A DNA stretch of 63,246 bases, the filler included, from Octopus bimaculoides (taxonomy: Eukaryota): NCBI RefSeq assembly GCF_001194135.2. It is 5 parts of 5 records of this genome, joined end to end, with 100 filler letters (N's around TTAATTAATTAA, not from the genome) between each part and the next. Parts side by side here need not be neighbours in the genome. Positions count along the whole stretch, not along the records: positions 8,710 to 33,134 come from NC_068998.1; 4 more parts are not named here. One strand, 5' to 3'. Position numbers and translations under genes: made by a program. Positions 13,238 through 27,195 of this stretch are shown here, in pieces. Under the pieces are notes generated by a model, which saw only the letters and a list, made by a program, of their open reading frames with translations, did not search any database and was not told the DNA's origin. Within the stretch, counting starts at the first letter, position 1. Each line of letters opens with the position of its first letter.

Positions 13238-13553
13238 GCAGCGGGGAAGGTGCTTATAAGCTATTTAAAAACACACAAAAACCGTTGGATTCACTTCAAC
13301 ATTTAAATTTAAAACCAAACACAGAGCCGTACTTGTTCATTGACAAAATTCCGTGCAGCACGGAATTTTGTCAGTGAACAGGTCAGGGTCTCAAAGCGAC
13401 GAACATATTTTGAGAAAATAAATTTAAATGTTGAAATGAATCTAACGGTTTTTGTATGTTTTAAAATAGCTTATAAACACCTTCCACGCTGCACATCTTT
13501 TTTGTTTCAGCACACGATCTCAGATCAGGTGACTTGTTATGCAAGTACATCTT
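13238..13553. mobile_element. Palindromic MITE/foldback element
   Basis: Arms of ~75 bp (13238.. and ..13493) enclose an internal palindrome of 23-bp arms with one mismatch (13334-13380). A related partial copy lies in reverse orientation at 40990-41127. Confidence 0.8.
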
Positions 13554-14707
13554 CGTAATATAAATAAATATATATATTATAAGTATATATGTAATATAAT
13601 AGATTTTTTTATTAAATGATAAAGACATAAATTCATGCTGGAGACAGACGCCAAATAGCCATAACAACTATCGTTATTTGCTCCATTAGGACGAAATGAA
13701 AACGAGGAGAGTGAACAAATGGGATTTATAAAAACGGTTTAAACATAAATAAATTTCGGGTTTAGGGATATAAAAAAACTTCCGACACTTTTCAGTGTGG
13801 TGCGACCATTTGCACATAAAAATGAACGTTTAGACATACCAGTACGAATACCACGTATTCCGTAGTCATATCCATAAATGTTTAAATTTATATACAAGCC
13901 AAATCTAATTTATTCACCTCAGCACGTGCATATACGACTGACTATATGACTACTTGATAAAATCTTAAGATTTTTATCCTTACTTATTAAGTAAATAAAT
14001 AGAGATTTGCTCAACCGAAATTTTCACTTCGGTATTATTTTCGGTCGTATATGCACGTGATGAGGTAAATAAATTAGATTTTGCTCGTATATTAATCTAT
14101 ACACTTGTGGATATGCCTATGGAAACGTGGTATTCGTACTGGTATGTATAAATATTTACTCTTATGTGCAAATCGTCGCACCATACTGGACAAAGTCATG
14201 AGTGTTTATATCTTTAAACCCGAAATCTATATATGGTTAAAACATTTTTATAAATACTATTTGTTCATTTTCCTCGCTTCGAATTCTGGTTAATGGAGCA
14301 AATGCCTGTAGCTCTTAGTGCCATTTGGCGTCTATCTCCCGCATGTGGTCCTACTCGTTAGAGCGTCTATTATTATAATCATATAATCATACGCATATAT
14401 NNNNNNNNNNNNNNNNNNNNNNNNNNNNNNNNNNNNNNNNNNNNNNNNNNNNNNNNNNNNNNNNNNNNNNNNNNNNNNNNNNNNNNNNNNNNNNNNNNNN
14501 NNNNNNNNNNNNNNNNNNNNNNNNNNNNNNNNNNNNNNNNNNNNNNNNNNNNNNNNNNNNNNNNNNNNNNNNNNNNNNNNNNNNNNNNNNNNNNNNNNNN
14601 NNNNNNNNNNNNNNNNNNNNNNNNNNNNNNNNNNNNNNNNNNNNNNNNNNNNNNNNNNNNNNNNNNNNNNNNNNNNNNNNNNNNNNNNNNNNNNNNNNNN
14701 NNNNNNN

Positions 14708-15044
14708 ACCGCCTTTAGTCGAGAAAATCGACCCCAGGACTTATTCTTTGGAAGCCTAGTACTTATTCTATCGATTTCTTTTTGCCGAACCGCTAAGTTA
14801 CGGGGACGTAAACACACCAGCATCGGTTGTCAAGCGATGGTGGGGGGACAAACACACACACACATATATATACATATATACGACAGGCTTCTTTCAGTTT
14901 CCGTCTACCAAATCCACTCACAAGGCTTTGGTTGGCCCGAGGCTATAGTAGAAGACACTTGCCCAAGGTGCCACGCAGTGGGACTGAACCCAGAACCATG
15001 TGGTTGGTAAGCAAGCTACTTACCACACAGCCATTCCTATTGCC
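14708..15044 (-). mobile_element. SINE family A (tRNA head, CORE-like block, internal microsatellite, conserved tail)
   Basis: Reverse complement of the copies at 37831 and 46324; A-box TGGCTGTGTGG, B-box GGTTCAGTCC, CORE-like CCTTGGGCAAGTG. Confidence 0.85.
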
Positions 15045-15294
15045 AATTAATTAATAAATTAATAATTAATAATTTTGCCAAGTAGTTCAGTATGCAAAAA
15101 AACCTTTATCGGTAAACAATTTATAATTATAAACATATAGGGATCAGCAGCAGTTGCTTCACCAACATACTGAAAATTTAGAAATAGCAGTTAAAAACTA
15201 CTAATTCTAACTACAATTTTTTTCTCCAACGGATGGCGATACTTATGGTCCACATAGAACGGGAGAATCAAAATTTATACGCACTCTTGTTTTT

Positions 15295-15520
15295 TAATGT
15301 ATTTACACAAAAGCAGGAGATAAACAAGTACGTCGCATTTCTATATAGTCTCCTTCCTGTTTGATGTACTTCGTCCTGTCGTACATAAGCTTGCCTATTC
15401 CTTCCAAGAAGAAGGTTTTCACTCGTAGGAAAAATCGACGACCACGTAAATCATCTTTGAGCGGTTCAAAGATATGATAGTCGGAAGGGGTTGAGTTTCC
15501 GTATCTCAAACCTAATCGGT
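15295..15520 (-). mobile_element. Mariner transposase C-terminal relic
   Basis: PSDYHIFEPLKDDLRGRRF...GIGKL...GDYIE matches the mariner APSDYHLF and GI.KL..RW.K.I...GDY motifs. Confidence 0.75.
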
Positions 15521-15683
15521 TAATGGTTTAAACGGAGTGAGGGGGCATGTGTGCAACTAACTTCTTCTTCTTCTTCTCGTCCTCCTTCTTTTCCTTCATC
15601 TTCTCCTCCTTCATCTTCCTTGTTTTCTTTCTATCTTTCTCCTCTAGCCTTGTCGCCTTTCTCTTTCTATTTTTCTTCTCCAA

Positions 15684-15736
<53 letters not shown>

Positions 15737-15787
15737 CTCTAGAATTTCCCAATAATCTGAAGAATCTTTTGTCCACCAAAGTTGTTA

Positions 15788-16152
15788 GCACTCCGTCGGT
15801 TATGACGACGAGGGTTCCAGTTGAACCGATCAACGGAACAGCCCACTCGTGAATTTAACGTGCAAATGGCTGAGCACTCCACAGACATGTGAACCCTTAA
15901 CGTAGTTCTCGGGAGATTCAGCGTGACATAGCGTGTGACATGGCTAACCCTTTCAAATACAGGTACACCAGAAGCAGGAAGAAAGAGGGAGGGAAAGTTG
16001 TGGTGAAGGAGTACAGCACCCCTTGCCGGAGCCTCATGGAACTTTAGGTGTTTTCGCTTAATAAACACTCACAACGTCCGTTCTGAGAACCGAAACTGCG
16101 ATCCTATGACCGCGAGTTCACTACCCTAACCACTGGGCCACTGTGCCTCCAC
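15788..16152 (-). mobile_element. tRNA-derived SINE (family C)
   Basis: Minus-strand head GTGGAGGCACAGTGGCCCAGTGGTTAGGG...GGTTTCGG; a degenerate 3' part recurs on + at ~4280-4430. Confidence 0.75.
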
Positions 16153-16621
16153 TGTCCATCAAATAAGCAGCACTTAATGATCTTATCAGCGAAAAGAGTA
16201 ACCATGACAGATTAATTCGGCTTCGCAGATAAAGGAATTTAAGTAATGTGATAATGTTATATANNNNNNNNNNNNNNNNNNNNNNNNNNNNNNNNNNNNN
16301 NNNNNNNNNNNNNNNNNNNNNNNNNNNNNNNNNNNNNNNNNNNNNNNNNNNNNNNNNNNNNNNNNNNNNNNNNNNNNNNNNNNNNNNNNNNNNNNNNNNN
16401 NNNNNNNNNNNNNNNNNNNNNNNNNNNNNNNNNNNNNNNNNNNNNNNNNNNNNNNNNNNNNNNNNNNNNNNNNNNNNNNNNNNNNNNNNNNNNNNNNNNN
16501 NNNNNNNNNNNNNNNNNNNNNNNNNNNNNNNNNNNNNNNNNNNNNNNNNNNNNNNNNNNNNNNNNNNNNNNNNNNNNNNNNNNNNNNNNNNNNNNNNNNN
16601 NNNNNNNNNNNNNNNNNNNNN

Positions 16622-16652
<31 letters not shown>

Positions 16653-17929
16653 GTATATAATTATGTGTATGTATGTATATGCATGCCATTAGAGATGAAC
16701 TAAAATCTACGTAAAGTAAATGAATCTGAAGCAAAGTTTTATCTCAATTTACAATATAACATAAACCCACGTAACTTCCAAAAAAATCAATATGGTTCAG
16801 TTTTTCAAAGGATTTCGTATCCGAATTTGGCAGCTGTCTTATTTTAAGAAATTTATTCTGCTATAATTTTCTTGGCTTCCAGAATAAAAACCAACTTTAT
16901 ATACATAATTTCTGCAAAACCGTTTGATTTCTTTTTCTTGCAGTTACAAGAATTTGGCATCAGTTAAGCGTATATATTTTGTTGTTTTATGTTGCCGTCC
17001 TCCTACAAGGAGCGAGATTGATTATTACAATGATTAGACTAAATTACTGTTGTGCAATTCTATTGTTTATCGGTCATGCCGTAACGCAGTTTAATGTTTA
17101 TGTTATTTTAAGAAACAGCGAGTTATTTTAATGTTAACGCTGCCAGTACTAGTAGGTCAGATTCTATGATATGCATCTTTCTTTTACAGTCGTAATCACA
17201 GTTTTTTTTAACCTGTTTTTTTTGTTTTGTTTTTTTGGTAAAACGAAAAGTAAATCAAATTTTTTTTTAGCTAATATTGTCATTCTATAGTGGACGATCT
17301 CAAGGATTTAGAACTGAACAAAATTTAACAAAACAATATCTAGCGGACGAACTTGTGGTTTATATGTTAAACTATATATGTATGTAATTATTATAACTAT
17401 GTAGAGCGCATTGGGCTGATAAAGTCCTGGGTAATTTTTACAGTAATTTCTGGCTATTGAAATATGTCTAAATTTAGCTAGTTTTAATAAGGAAATACAA
17501 AAACGGACAAGCATTCACAATTTTAATTCTATACCTACAAAACAGATTGCACTTTTATTAATGATTATCGTTTCTATTTAGAACTTTAAGTTTATCTGTT
17601 TGTGTTAGAAGAATTAGCCATTTAGAAAATTACTTTGTATCTCTAAGAGGATAATTTTAGAAAATTATCCTGCCATTGTTACTACTTTTAGAATGCCTGC
17701 AACACAATTTCGTCTTTTATGCAATGAGTAGCTTTTGGGTAATATTCCAAGTCATTGTTCTAATTTGCAATTCCTCTCAGCAATGATACATTTGAAATAA
17801 TCTTTCTATGCTAATGTAGGCATTCTACAATAAACATGATGATTTAGACAATGCGACGCTTGTTGTTTCTAATTAGATTCACTTATCATAGAATTCCTGA
17901 AACTAACTTTAAATTTCGGTACAAGATCA

Positions 17930-18117
17930 GCAAATTTGGGGAAAAGGGGTGCTAAATCGATTAGATCAACCAAAGTGCTTATCTGGTATTTATTTCATTG
18001 ACCCCGAAAGGATGAAACACAGTTGACACGGTGGTATCTTAGCACAAAATGTAAAGGCAGACGAAATGCCGCTATGCATTCCGCCTATCGCGTTCACAAT
18101 TCTACTAGCCAGCTCAA
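17930..18117 (-). mobile_element. Degenerate SINE family B
   Basis: gaccccgaaaggatgaaa and gcagacgaaatgccgcta are shared with the 48096 copy. Confidence 0.7.
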
Positions 18118-20989
18118 CACCTTAAAACTAATTTTAATTATTGGTACTTATGCAATGGTCAATGCAGTTTCATGTGACGATTCTGAAGATTCTTTGCATC
18201 AAACCAAGTCTGGCGTCCTATTGCTACTGTTTTCATCTCAATCAGAGGTTTAATATAGCCTANNNNNNNNNNNNNNNNNNNNNNNNNNNNNNNNNNNNNN
18301 NNNNNNNNNNNNATATATACATATATATATATATATACAATTAAATCTGCAAACGAAAGGGCTACTATTAGTTTCATGGTTTTCTAAATACATCGGATGG
18401 TTTCTTTTTCCGTGATACGAAGAATTTTTGGTGCCGATGTACTTTTGCTATAACCCTCAATTCAATCTTCCCAAGAAATAAACTTTTATATGTTTCTAGA
18501 ATTGGACAAATCTCCAGTAAACTTAATAGGTTAAGGTTTGTGTAAATGATGCGTTGATAAATTCTTCAGCTGTTTTGCACTATCGACATAGTTTACTATA
18601 ACGTGGATGTTTATAGTTGTTCTCACACTGCTATTCATCAGTGATTTAGTATCTGTATTATCATTATGCAGAGTGAACATCTTTTTTTTTATTTTGGGGT
18701 AGGATATGACGTGTAGTTCATACGCCCTGAAGAAGACAGGTTATTATGAACTTGGTATCAACAAGCATGTGTTACAAACACCCATGAATAGTTTCCGACA
18801 GCTTGGATATTAATCGTTTAAATTTCGCTATAAATAGCTCCTCACTCTGGGAATGCTTGAGGTACATGGAAAAGCTACACTCTCAGATTAACTATATAAT
18901 TGTTGTATAGATATTTTATTTGGAATTTTTGTGTAACTATGTGTGAGTGGCAACACATAAATGCCGCCATGTATCTTGTAAAATTTAAATATAAATAGTA
19001 GTGATAGCCTTTTCTCGTATCGCTGATATTGAGACTTTGTAGTTCCATTCAGGCGTGATGTGTTCATCAAATTGTTAGAAGTTAGGATATTATTCCAATG
19101 TGTTTGCCACATAGAAGTAAGTAAGTATCTTTGTTCGCTATACTTGACACTTATGTCACTTATAGTGTTGTCAATCTGTTATGTTAAGCATCCAGATGTT
19201 AGATCTTCAAAGCAATTTGTTTTCAAAATATTATGGCAGCGAATGTGTTTGATTTTACTTTGCATATTTCATGATCGTAATATATCAGAACACGTAGAAG
19301 ATAGCAGGAGTTAGAAAGACTGTTTTAAAATTAATAACTCCTTTCTAAATTCGCGCATCACGATCAATAGTCTATTCCAGGCAATTCGTGTAATGTACAG
19401 TCTTTGATTGCCAGTCACATTGTGTATCGTATGGTTACTTCAATAGTTGACCTATCTTATTAGTTCAAGGAAATATAGAGATAACTAAATTGTCCAATCA
19501 AGTTTCAATCAACTAACAATTACTTCAAAATTTCTTTCCTTGTTCTAGGTTAGAAAATATTATATTTAATATAATCATTATTATAGTTATCATCATCATC
19601 GTCATCATCATGATACTCCTCCTCCCCCTTTTCTTCATCGTCATCATCATCATCATCATAGTCATCGTCGTCGTAATACTTCACTGATTATAAAGTGGAT
19701 ATAACCTACGACTTCCTCTTCGTTATTTTACTCGATGAAATAGAAATTTCTCCGAAAGTACTCGCTCGAACATAACAGCATACAGATTGTATGCTCTCCA
19801 CCAAGCTCTGAACGAAAAAATGAATGTTTATGTATTATTGATAGACAAAATTCTTATTTCCCTGCACCGCAAAATATTAACGTAAATGAACAGAGAAACA
19901 CAGCCATTTATAACTGATAAGATGGAACATTTTTATGACTATGAACAAGTGTGCGCACACATGTATGGATTCGGATTCAGAACAAATTAAAATAATTGTC
20001 TGTTGCTACTATTTTCTTCAAGAGGAAGACTCTAGATAAGAAACAATTTCCTCCAATAGAGTCGCTAATAATTGCAGCACCGAATATGTGCAGTGTCAAC
20101 CCTTCGACAATCAGAAATAACTTACCTATGTTTTTTAAACAAAACATACGTTTTTTTTTCCTGAGTGAATCTAAGCATGGACTGCTGACAGTGATGGAAG
20201 ATATTTGAAGGGAACTGTTTTCTGTTTATCACAGGGAATGTTTTTCGCGTTTGAATTTTAGAGTTTTAAACATTTGGGTGGCTTGTTCTCATTTTCTTTG
20301 TAAAGTACCTCTCATTCTCATTTCAATACTTATTCGTAATGTTTAGCTCTGTAGAAAGAACAAAACTATATTAGTTATGTTTTTGTATACATTTTCTTCG
20401 AGTTTTCTTTCTAGATATAGGTTGTAGTTAAAGTGTTGATACTTTACATTACTTTCGAGGTGTATAAACGCCCTACACACACGTGCTAGTGGTAAATATA
20501 ATGTCATTGTAATAGGTTGTAGTAGAATTGGTTATTTCGGTCATTGATTTTTCTTCCTTTTATTGTATAAGGTTTGACCTGGATTTTGTCTACAACCGAG
20601 TGGAAAAACATATTAGCAATAATCAATTACTGGGACACTTAAAGTATACACATCTATTTATTGTTAATGTAAAGCATCTATGATATTACATTTTAATACA
20701 TCTTTTCGCTTGTATTCGCTATCCCTTTTCGTGGTTTAAAACTATAAGCGGTTTGTGTAATTCTCTTATACCACTAACTGAATTATTTTAGTGTTCGAAA
20801 CAATCGTGTCTTCAATGTTTTCATATGTAAGATATGTATGCAACAGAGAGCTCTGCAGAGCGAAAAATACACCTCTTCATAAATACATAAAACTTCTTCA
20901 TGTACAAGGTCATTTCAACTATATTGTGTAGAGTCGATCGTATTGGAGATATTTCTTCTGTAATCCTAACGCTCATAAGCAGTGGTTAA

Positions 20990-21440
20990 TTAAGAACCAG
21001 CTTCTGGAACCTGTCGCCAAAAATGGGCGTTTCAAACATAAGGTTATGTTCTGCATCTAGTAGTATGATGACAATAATTCACAACGCATTCGTTCCGGAC
21101 GGTCGAGGCATCGATGCCAGACTGCTGGAGCGAATGTATGATAATGTGCGAAAAGGTCCATGGTATTGGCTTACAGAAACCTCATGCCGCTCCAACGACC
21201 GTGAATAAACTACAAGAACTTGAGGGAATCGAACCGATGTCACCCCAATCATATAGTCTCGAACTTATTCCCTTAGATTATTACTCATTCTCATCCATGT
21301 CTTCCTCGCTCGCAATGATTCATCAACCTAGAGGAGGTGAAAACTTCAGGGAAGGAATTCTTTGCCTAGGAGGACAAGAACTGGTTTGAGCGTGGGATAA
21401 AAGAAATGGAAGGATGGTGGATTCACACGGTTCACCACGA
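20990..21440 (+). mobile_element. Mariner transposase relic
   Basis: KLQELEGIEPMSPQSYSLELIPLDYYSFSSM resembles KL.ELG.EVL.HPPYSPDLAPSDY.LF.SM; heavily degraded. Confidence 0.6.
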
Positions 21441-21623
21441 TACCCGCTACTTTAAATCTAAGACTGATTTTGTAACTTGACGAATAAAGCAAATCAGATA
21501 GTTACCAAAATATTGCGAAACGTCAACACAATAATTATATATATAAGAATCTATTTTACTTTTATTCTAAGATTGTTTCATCTTTAAGTATTAAATAATA
21601 ATTCTGTTTATATGGTCTCTCTC

Positions 21624-21675
<52 letters not shown>

Positions 21676-21798
21676 GTGTGTGTGTGTGCGTGCGTGCGTG
21701 CGTGTGTATATATGTATGTAATAATGAATATATGTATATATATANNNNNNNNNNNNNNNNNNNNNNNNNNNNNNNNNNNNNNNNNNNNNNNNNNNNNN

Positions 21799-21829
<31 letters not shown>

Positions 21830-21833
<4 letters not shown>

Positions 21834-22977
21834 GGTTGGATAAAATAATGGAAACATCGTAAAGTTTCAGACAAATTTATTTTAACGTGCAGTAAGACCG
21901 CTTTGACAGTAATTACAGCTTGAATTCTACGAGGTATGAACTAGTACAAAGCTTGAATTGTTTCCAAAATGTTGTCCATTCTTCAGCTAAAACCGTCTCC
22001 ATTTCTTGTAATGATGATGGTGGAGGATATCGACTCCTCCCTTCTTTTTCTAAATTAACCCATAAATATTCAATGATATTGAGAATTGCGGACTGTGGTA
22101 GCCAGATAAGATGTTCAACTACTCTAGAATGTTCTTCATGCCATTCAGTAACAACTTTAGCTCTGTGAATTGGTGCATTATCATCCTGAAAGATTGCGTT
22201 TCCCTCCGCAAGCAGTTCCGCAACCATAGGATTAATTTGATCAGATAAAATGCTTAAATAGTCTTGACCATTAATTCTACCATATAGCGAAACCACTGGG
22301 CCGGTGGTCGGAAATATGGTACAGGATGACTGGTCCGAGATAATAACATTCCTCCACTGCTCTAGGGACCAATTCTGTAGGTTTTTACTCCACTCTAAAC
22401 GCTTTGCAACGTTTGGTTTTTGAAAGTAGTGGTTTTCTGATTGCAGCCTTCCCATGAAATCCGGCTTTCTGCATCTCCCGGTGAACAGTTTTTGTGGACA
22501 CTGGGTTCTAGAGGTGGTCATTAGACTCTTCGGTTATTTTAGGAGGTGTACTTTTGGAATCCGTTCACACAACTTACGCAAGGGTCCCTCTCTGAAAGTT
22601 TTGGTTCTCTTACGGAGTTTTATTATGATGAGCGGAGGTATTTCCCTCTTTCTCAAAGGCTGCTATTACTTTCGAGACAGTACTTCTTGATACACCGAAC
22701 ATTTCGACTGTTTTCTTTACGCTAGGGCCTGCCAACGAGTACCAACTATTTGACCTCTTTGAATGTCCGATAGATCTGATTTGTCATTTCAATGAATTCT
22801 AATTACCTTTTTCTGATGATATCCGAAAAGAACCAACAATTTTAGCAAAACATATTAAGCAACACTAATAATAATTCAAAAAACATGAAAAGAAACAAGT
22901 TTTTGACGGTTTATAGATATTTCAAAATTGTGATGCTATGATGGTAGGTGACTCCATTATTCTGTCCAATCCCCGTG
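21830..22977 (-). mobile_element. Tc1-like transposon, defective
   Basis: TA flanks; imperfect TIRs CAGAGGTTGGATAAAATAATGGA and CACGGGGATTGGACAGAATAATGGA; transposase motifs ISDQSS, FQDDNAPIH, WLPQSAILNIIE; internal deletion. Confidence 0.9.
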
Positions 22978-23589
22978 TATAGATGTGTGCGTGTGTGTGT
23001 TTCTATTTAAGCATGACAGAAATAATACATACATAAAATTCGTCGTAGTAAAAATTACATTATTTATTTTAGGACTGTCAACTTTTATGATTTTTATGAA
23101 CGATGTATTATAACGTCCCTGAAATTGTGGAGTGCTTAAGGATTATTAAAGATTTATAATCTCTTTTGAGTTTTAATTCAACTGCACACTTGTAATTCCT
23201 GTAAGCAGCGAAATTAGCCCCTGTTTCTTTGCACTCAGAGAATTTTGAGCATACATAAGTAATTAGAAGGTAACCACCTAAACCCGAATGTTTTGCCGCC
23301 GTTGGTCATGCTTTTTTTACTTAAACAAAATACCTTTTTTATATCAACAGAAGCCAGTCTATCAGTAAATAATTAGTGCTGACAACGATATTAAATGAAG
23401 ATATACGATAACGGAAAAACAAATGTTAGCTATATTAAAAATGGAAAACCTAATGGAAAAACTTCGTTTTTTTTTACTCAACGAACATATATACACATAT
23501 GCAAGAACACACAATATATTAATGAAGTCGCTTTTAACATTATCTAGGTATACAAATACGTTTAATACGAATTACAGCATAATATTAGT

Positions 23590-23790
23590 TTCAAATTTTG
23601 ACCAATGATCAGCAAATCTGGGGTAAACGTTAAGACGATTACATGAACTCCTACACTCAACTGGTACTTATTTTATCTACCCCGAAATGAAAATAAGCAA
23701 AGTCGATCTAGGCAGCATTTGAACTCAGAACGTAAAGCCTGTAGAAATTCTGCTAAGCATTTGTCCCGTTGTGCTAACGTTTCTACACTC
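23590..23790 (-). mobile_element. Degenerate SINE family B
   Basis: tttgaactcagaacgtaa...gctaagcattt...gctaacgtttct block. Confidence 0.7.
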
Positions 23791-24746
23791 AGAGCAGAAT
23801 GTTTGATGTCATTTCTTCCGCTCTACGTTCTGAGTATCATAATATTGTTGATAAATGTTTAATGAACATGCAATGATTCGAAGCATCGTGGTGAATGATA
23901 TCACACAGGGCATGTTTATTTAAGACTGAAAGTTCGAGGTAGTATGTTTTGGTAAATGTTTACTAAATTGAGTATTTTGTTAGATTGATGACAGTTTGTA
24001 TTTCACTGACTTTTATTTGGAATTGATACCGCAAAAGCTCACCATGAATTCATTATTATATTTTCCTCAAAAGAAAAATTATTCCTTGAGCTGTATGTAA
24101 AAAGAAATATATAAATCAAACCAAGACTGATTATATTTTCGTAACAAAAATAGAAATTAATGATTACATGCTTATGTATCTTCTTCATTACTCTTAACTT
24201 TTCAATTACTATTTTCACTTGCTTAACATTTTCCATCTTGTCATTGTCCATGCACAGGGAAAGTGAACAGCAATCTTCTATCCAACCCACACTCTCATTC
24301 GTAAGAGCTGAACTCATTGTTATCGAATAATAACCGTCTGACAATTCGTATAACTTTGCTGTCGAAAGTCATGAAGGCATATTTTCATACATAATTAACT
24401 GCTATAGTGAAGTAGCACAATCTTATATATGCTTATATAGTTCATACAGTAAATATTTGGGATAAACACTTGCACACAAAGAGTTGCACATAAATACACT
24501 AACACTTATATGCTTATGAAGACAATAGAAATTTTATTGATCTGCTTGAAATATCTGGCAAATCTCACACGTAACACATACTTGTCCCACTCACACGTTT
24601 CTTAAAACGACGGAAACAGGCGATAAACTTCTGTTCAATAAATTTTCTGAAATAGAATAAAAGATGGACACGCCTAGAAACCATTTCTGCTCGGTAGGTT
24701 TGATTTCGACAGAACTAAATTAAGCATACCTAATACACGGTTCTTT

Positions 24747-24805
<59 letters not shown>

Positions 24806-24833
24806 GCCTCTGCTGCTGCTGCTGCTACTACTG

Positions 24834-24895
<62 letters not shown>

Positions 24896-27195
24896 ATCAC
24901 CACACCCGCGATCACCGTCACTACTGCGCACAAGAACACTCAAGTATACTAAGTAATATCAGTTGCCATAAACATATTGTTGTTACAGGGCTAAATGAAA
25001 GAATATATCTGAGGTGTTTAAATGTTTTCACCATCTTGGCGTCAAGGACTTGAGCTCATATATCATGATATTACGTGACATGTATAAGGACTGTATCTTT
25101 TTGTGGATGTGTTTCCCTTGATAACAGATAGTAATTCTCTACACCTTGTTCACGGTTGTAAGAAAAAATAGATCAAGTAGAACGAGATGAGACATTATAT
25201 GTATGCAATTTTGGAAAAAGAATATGCCTTATCATGTAAAATGGACACCGCATGAATTAACTTAAACAGAGTAGAAATTCATGTTCCAAGTATCACCTAA
25301 ACGGTTTTCCATATTGTTTAATGTGTCAAACCAGAAAAAAAGTTTAAGATTTAGTGTTAAGTTTAGGATTAAAATGTTGGAGTTTATATTTAGGGTTTGA
25401 CATTAAAGCTAAGTGTTATGTTTCGGATCAACAGTTAAGGTTTTACTTCCAGGATAGGCTTAATGTTAGAGTTAGCATTAGGTTTTAGAATTAAAAGTTT
25501 CTTCATTACGACTTTGCCTAAATTTTAGGGTTTAGTGATTATTGTTAGGGCGTATAATATGTACTGTTATTCTCAGTGTTCAGGGTTTAGTTTTAATGTT
25601 AATGCTTATAGTCTTGTTTTAATGCTAAAAGTTATGAGTAAAAGTTTGAATATATGACGGGGGATACAATTTTGCGTATTGGATGAAAGTACAAAATGAA
25701 ATATGAAATTATGTTTAATGTTAAGACATGTACTGTAAACAACATTTCATATAAATAAGCCGAATTATTTTTTTTCCATTTTGTAAGTAAAATTCTCCTG
25801 TGTCGTAATGTTCTTATCTATCTCATAAAACAATGCCTATTTTAATTGTCATTTTTGATATCTTTTTATATATGATTTCTCAAGAGTACAACATTAAGTA
25901 GTCACATGATTGTCTTAATCGCTATGAAGAACAAACACAAAATTTTGTTATTTTTCGTAGTACCATCACAAAAACATTGATATATTGTGTTAGTGAAATT
26001 TACAATAAATATCTAAAATTTGAAAATACTAAATTTTCTATTATTAATAGATTGTAAACAAAGACGGTCATTTTGACATATGTCGTTCCAAGCTACATCT
26101 GTGTAGGCATTCTCCACTGGGAACTTGCAGCGAAACTGCAAGGTACTGATTACAGGTTTGGTATACTGACCGTCATATAACTCGTTTGACATGCGTTTTT
26201 ATCCTTCTCTTCCGTTTTACGAATTCAGTGTGCCCATGTGCAATGAGTGTTCGTACATCTATTACCAGCTCCCACTAAGAACCGTTTACAGATCATAACC
26301 ATTTCATGAACCTGCAGTCGTGAGAAGCGTTCCGTGCTCCGACGTTTGTGGTAAAACATGAGTCTCTTCCGTCAAATACAGCTGACCCAGTAATTCCTTA
26401 TTTGTATGAAAGTCTACGATATGAATAATCCAACGCGGAAAACTATGCAAAATCATTTTACTTCATAGACATTACAACAAAATCTCTCGAGACGTACAGG
26501 AAAGCAAAAGAAGATATGAGTGCTGTACCAAGTATTGCTTGGAGTTGAATTCTTGGACTGCACAGGCGTCTACATATTCACGTATTTCTCTTGAGAGAAT
26601 ATAACGTGCTTCACAACAAACACTAATGGTTTTGGGGAAGAAATATATACTAATACACATCTTGATCTAAGCTATCTAAAATAAAATTCACTGTGGGGAG
26701 GGATGAAAATATTAGATATCGGTTTTACACAATGATGAATTATTGTACACTAAATCACCAGCATAGAGGTACAATCATCTATTTTATCTTTCATATTTGG
26801 TAAATATATATAGATATATCCAAGTTTATATAATTTATCTGATACATCAAAAGTTGTGTAATTACACATGCTTTACATTAAGCATAGGTGTGTGTGGTAT
26901 ACATTCCTGTTCAGTGGAAACATCTGAGATTTGGCTGGAGAATAGTGTAGACATGTACGCTACTGCATGGAATACAGAACAAAATAATACTTAAGATAAA
27001 GTATATAATTTAATGTCGATGTTGTTAACTTTCTAATGCATAAAAAGCAACAAATTTTTACTGAACGACTTAATACAAGCATAAAGTCAATTTTATAAGC
27101 ATTGCGTTTACACGCTTTTCAACTTCCCCACTGTTTACTGGTTTATATTATTAGGGTAGTAGCCCTCTGCAATCAGACTAGATTTATCAATAACA

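Noticed and set aside
18595-19500. Possible Penelope relic with hammerhead-like CTGATGA-atag..ctat-AAAC
   Set aside because: The core lacks the G of GAAA, stem I does not pair, and no YIGET or RT motif was found.
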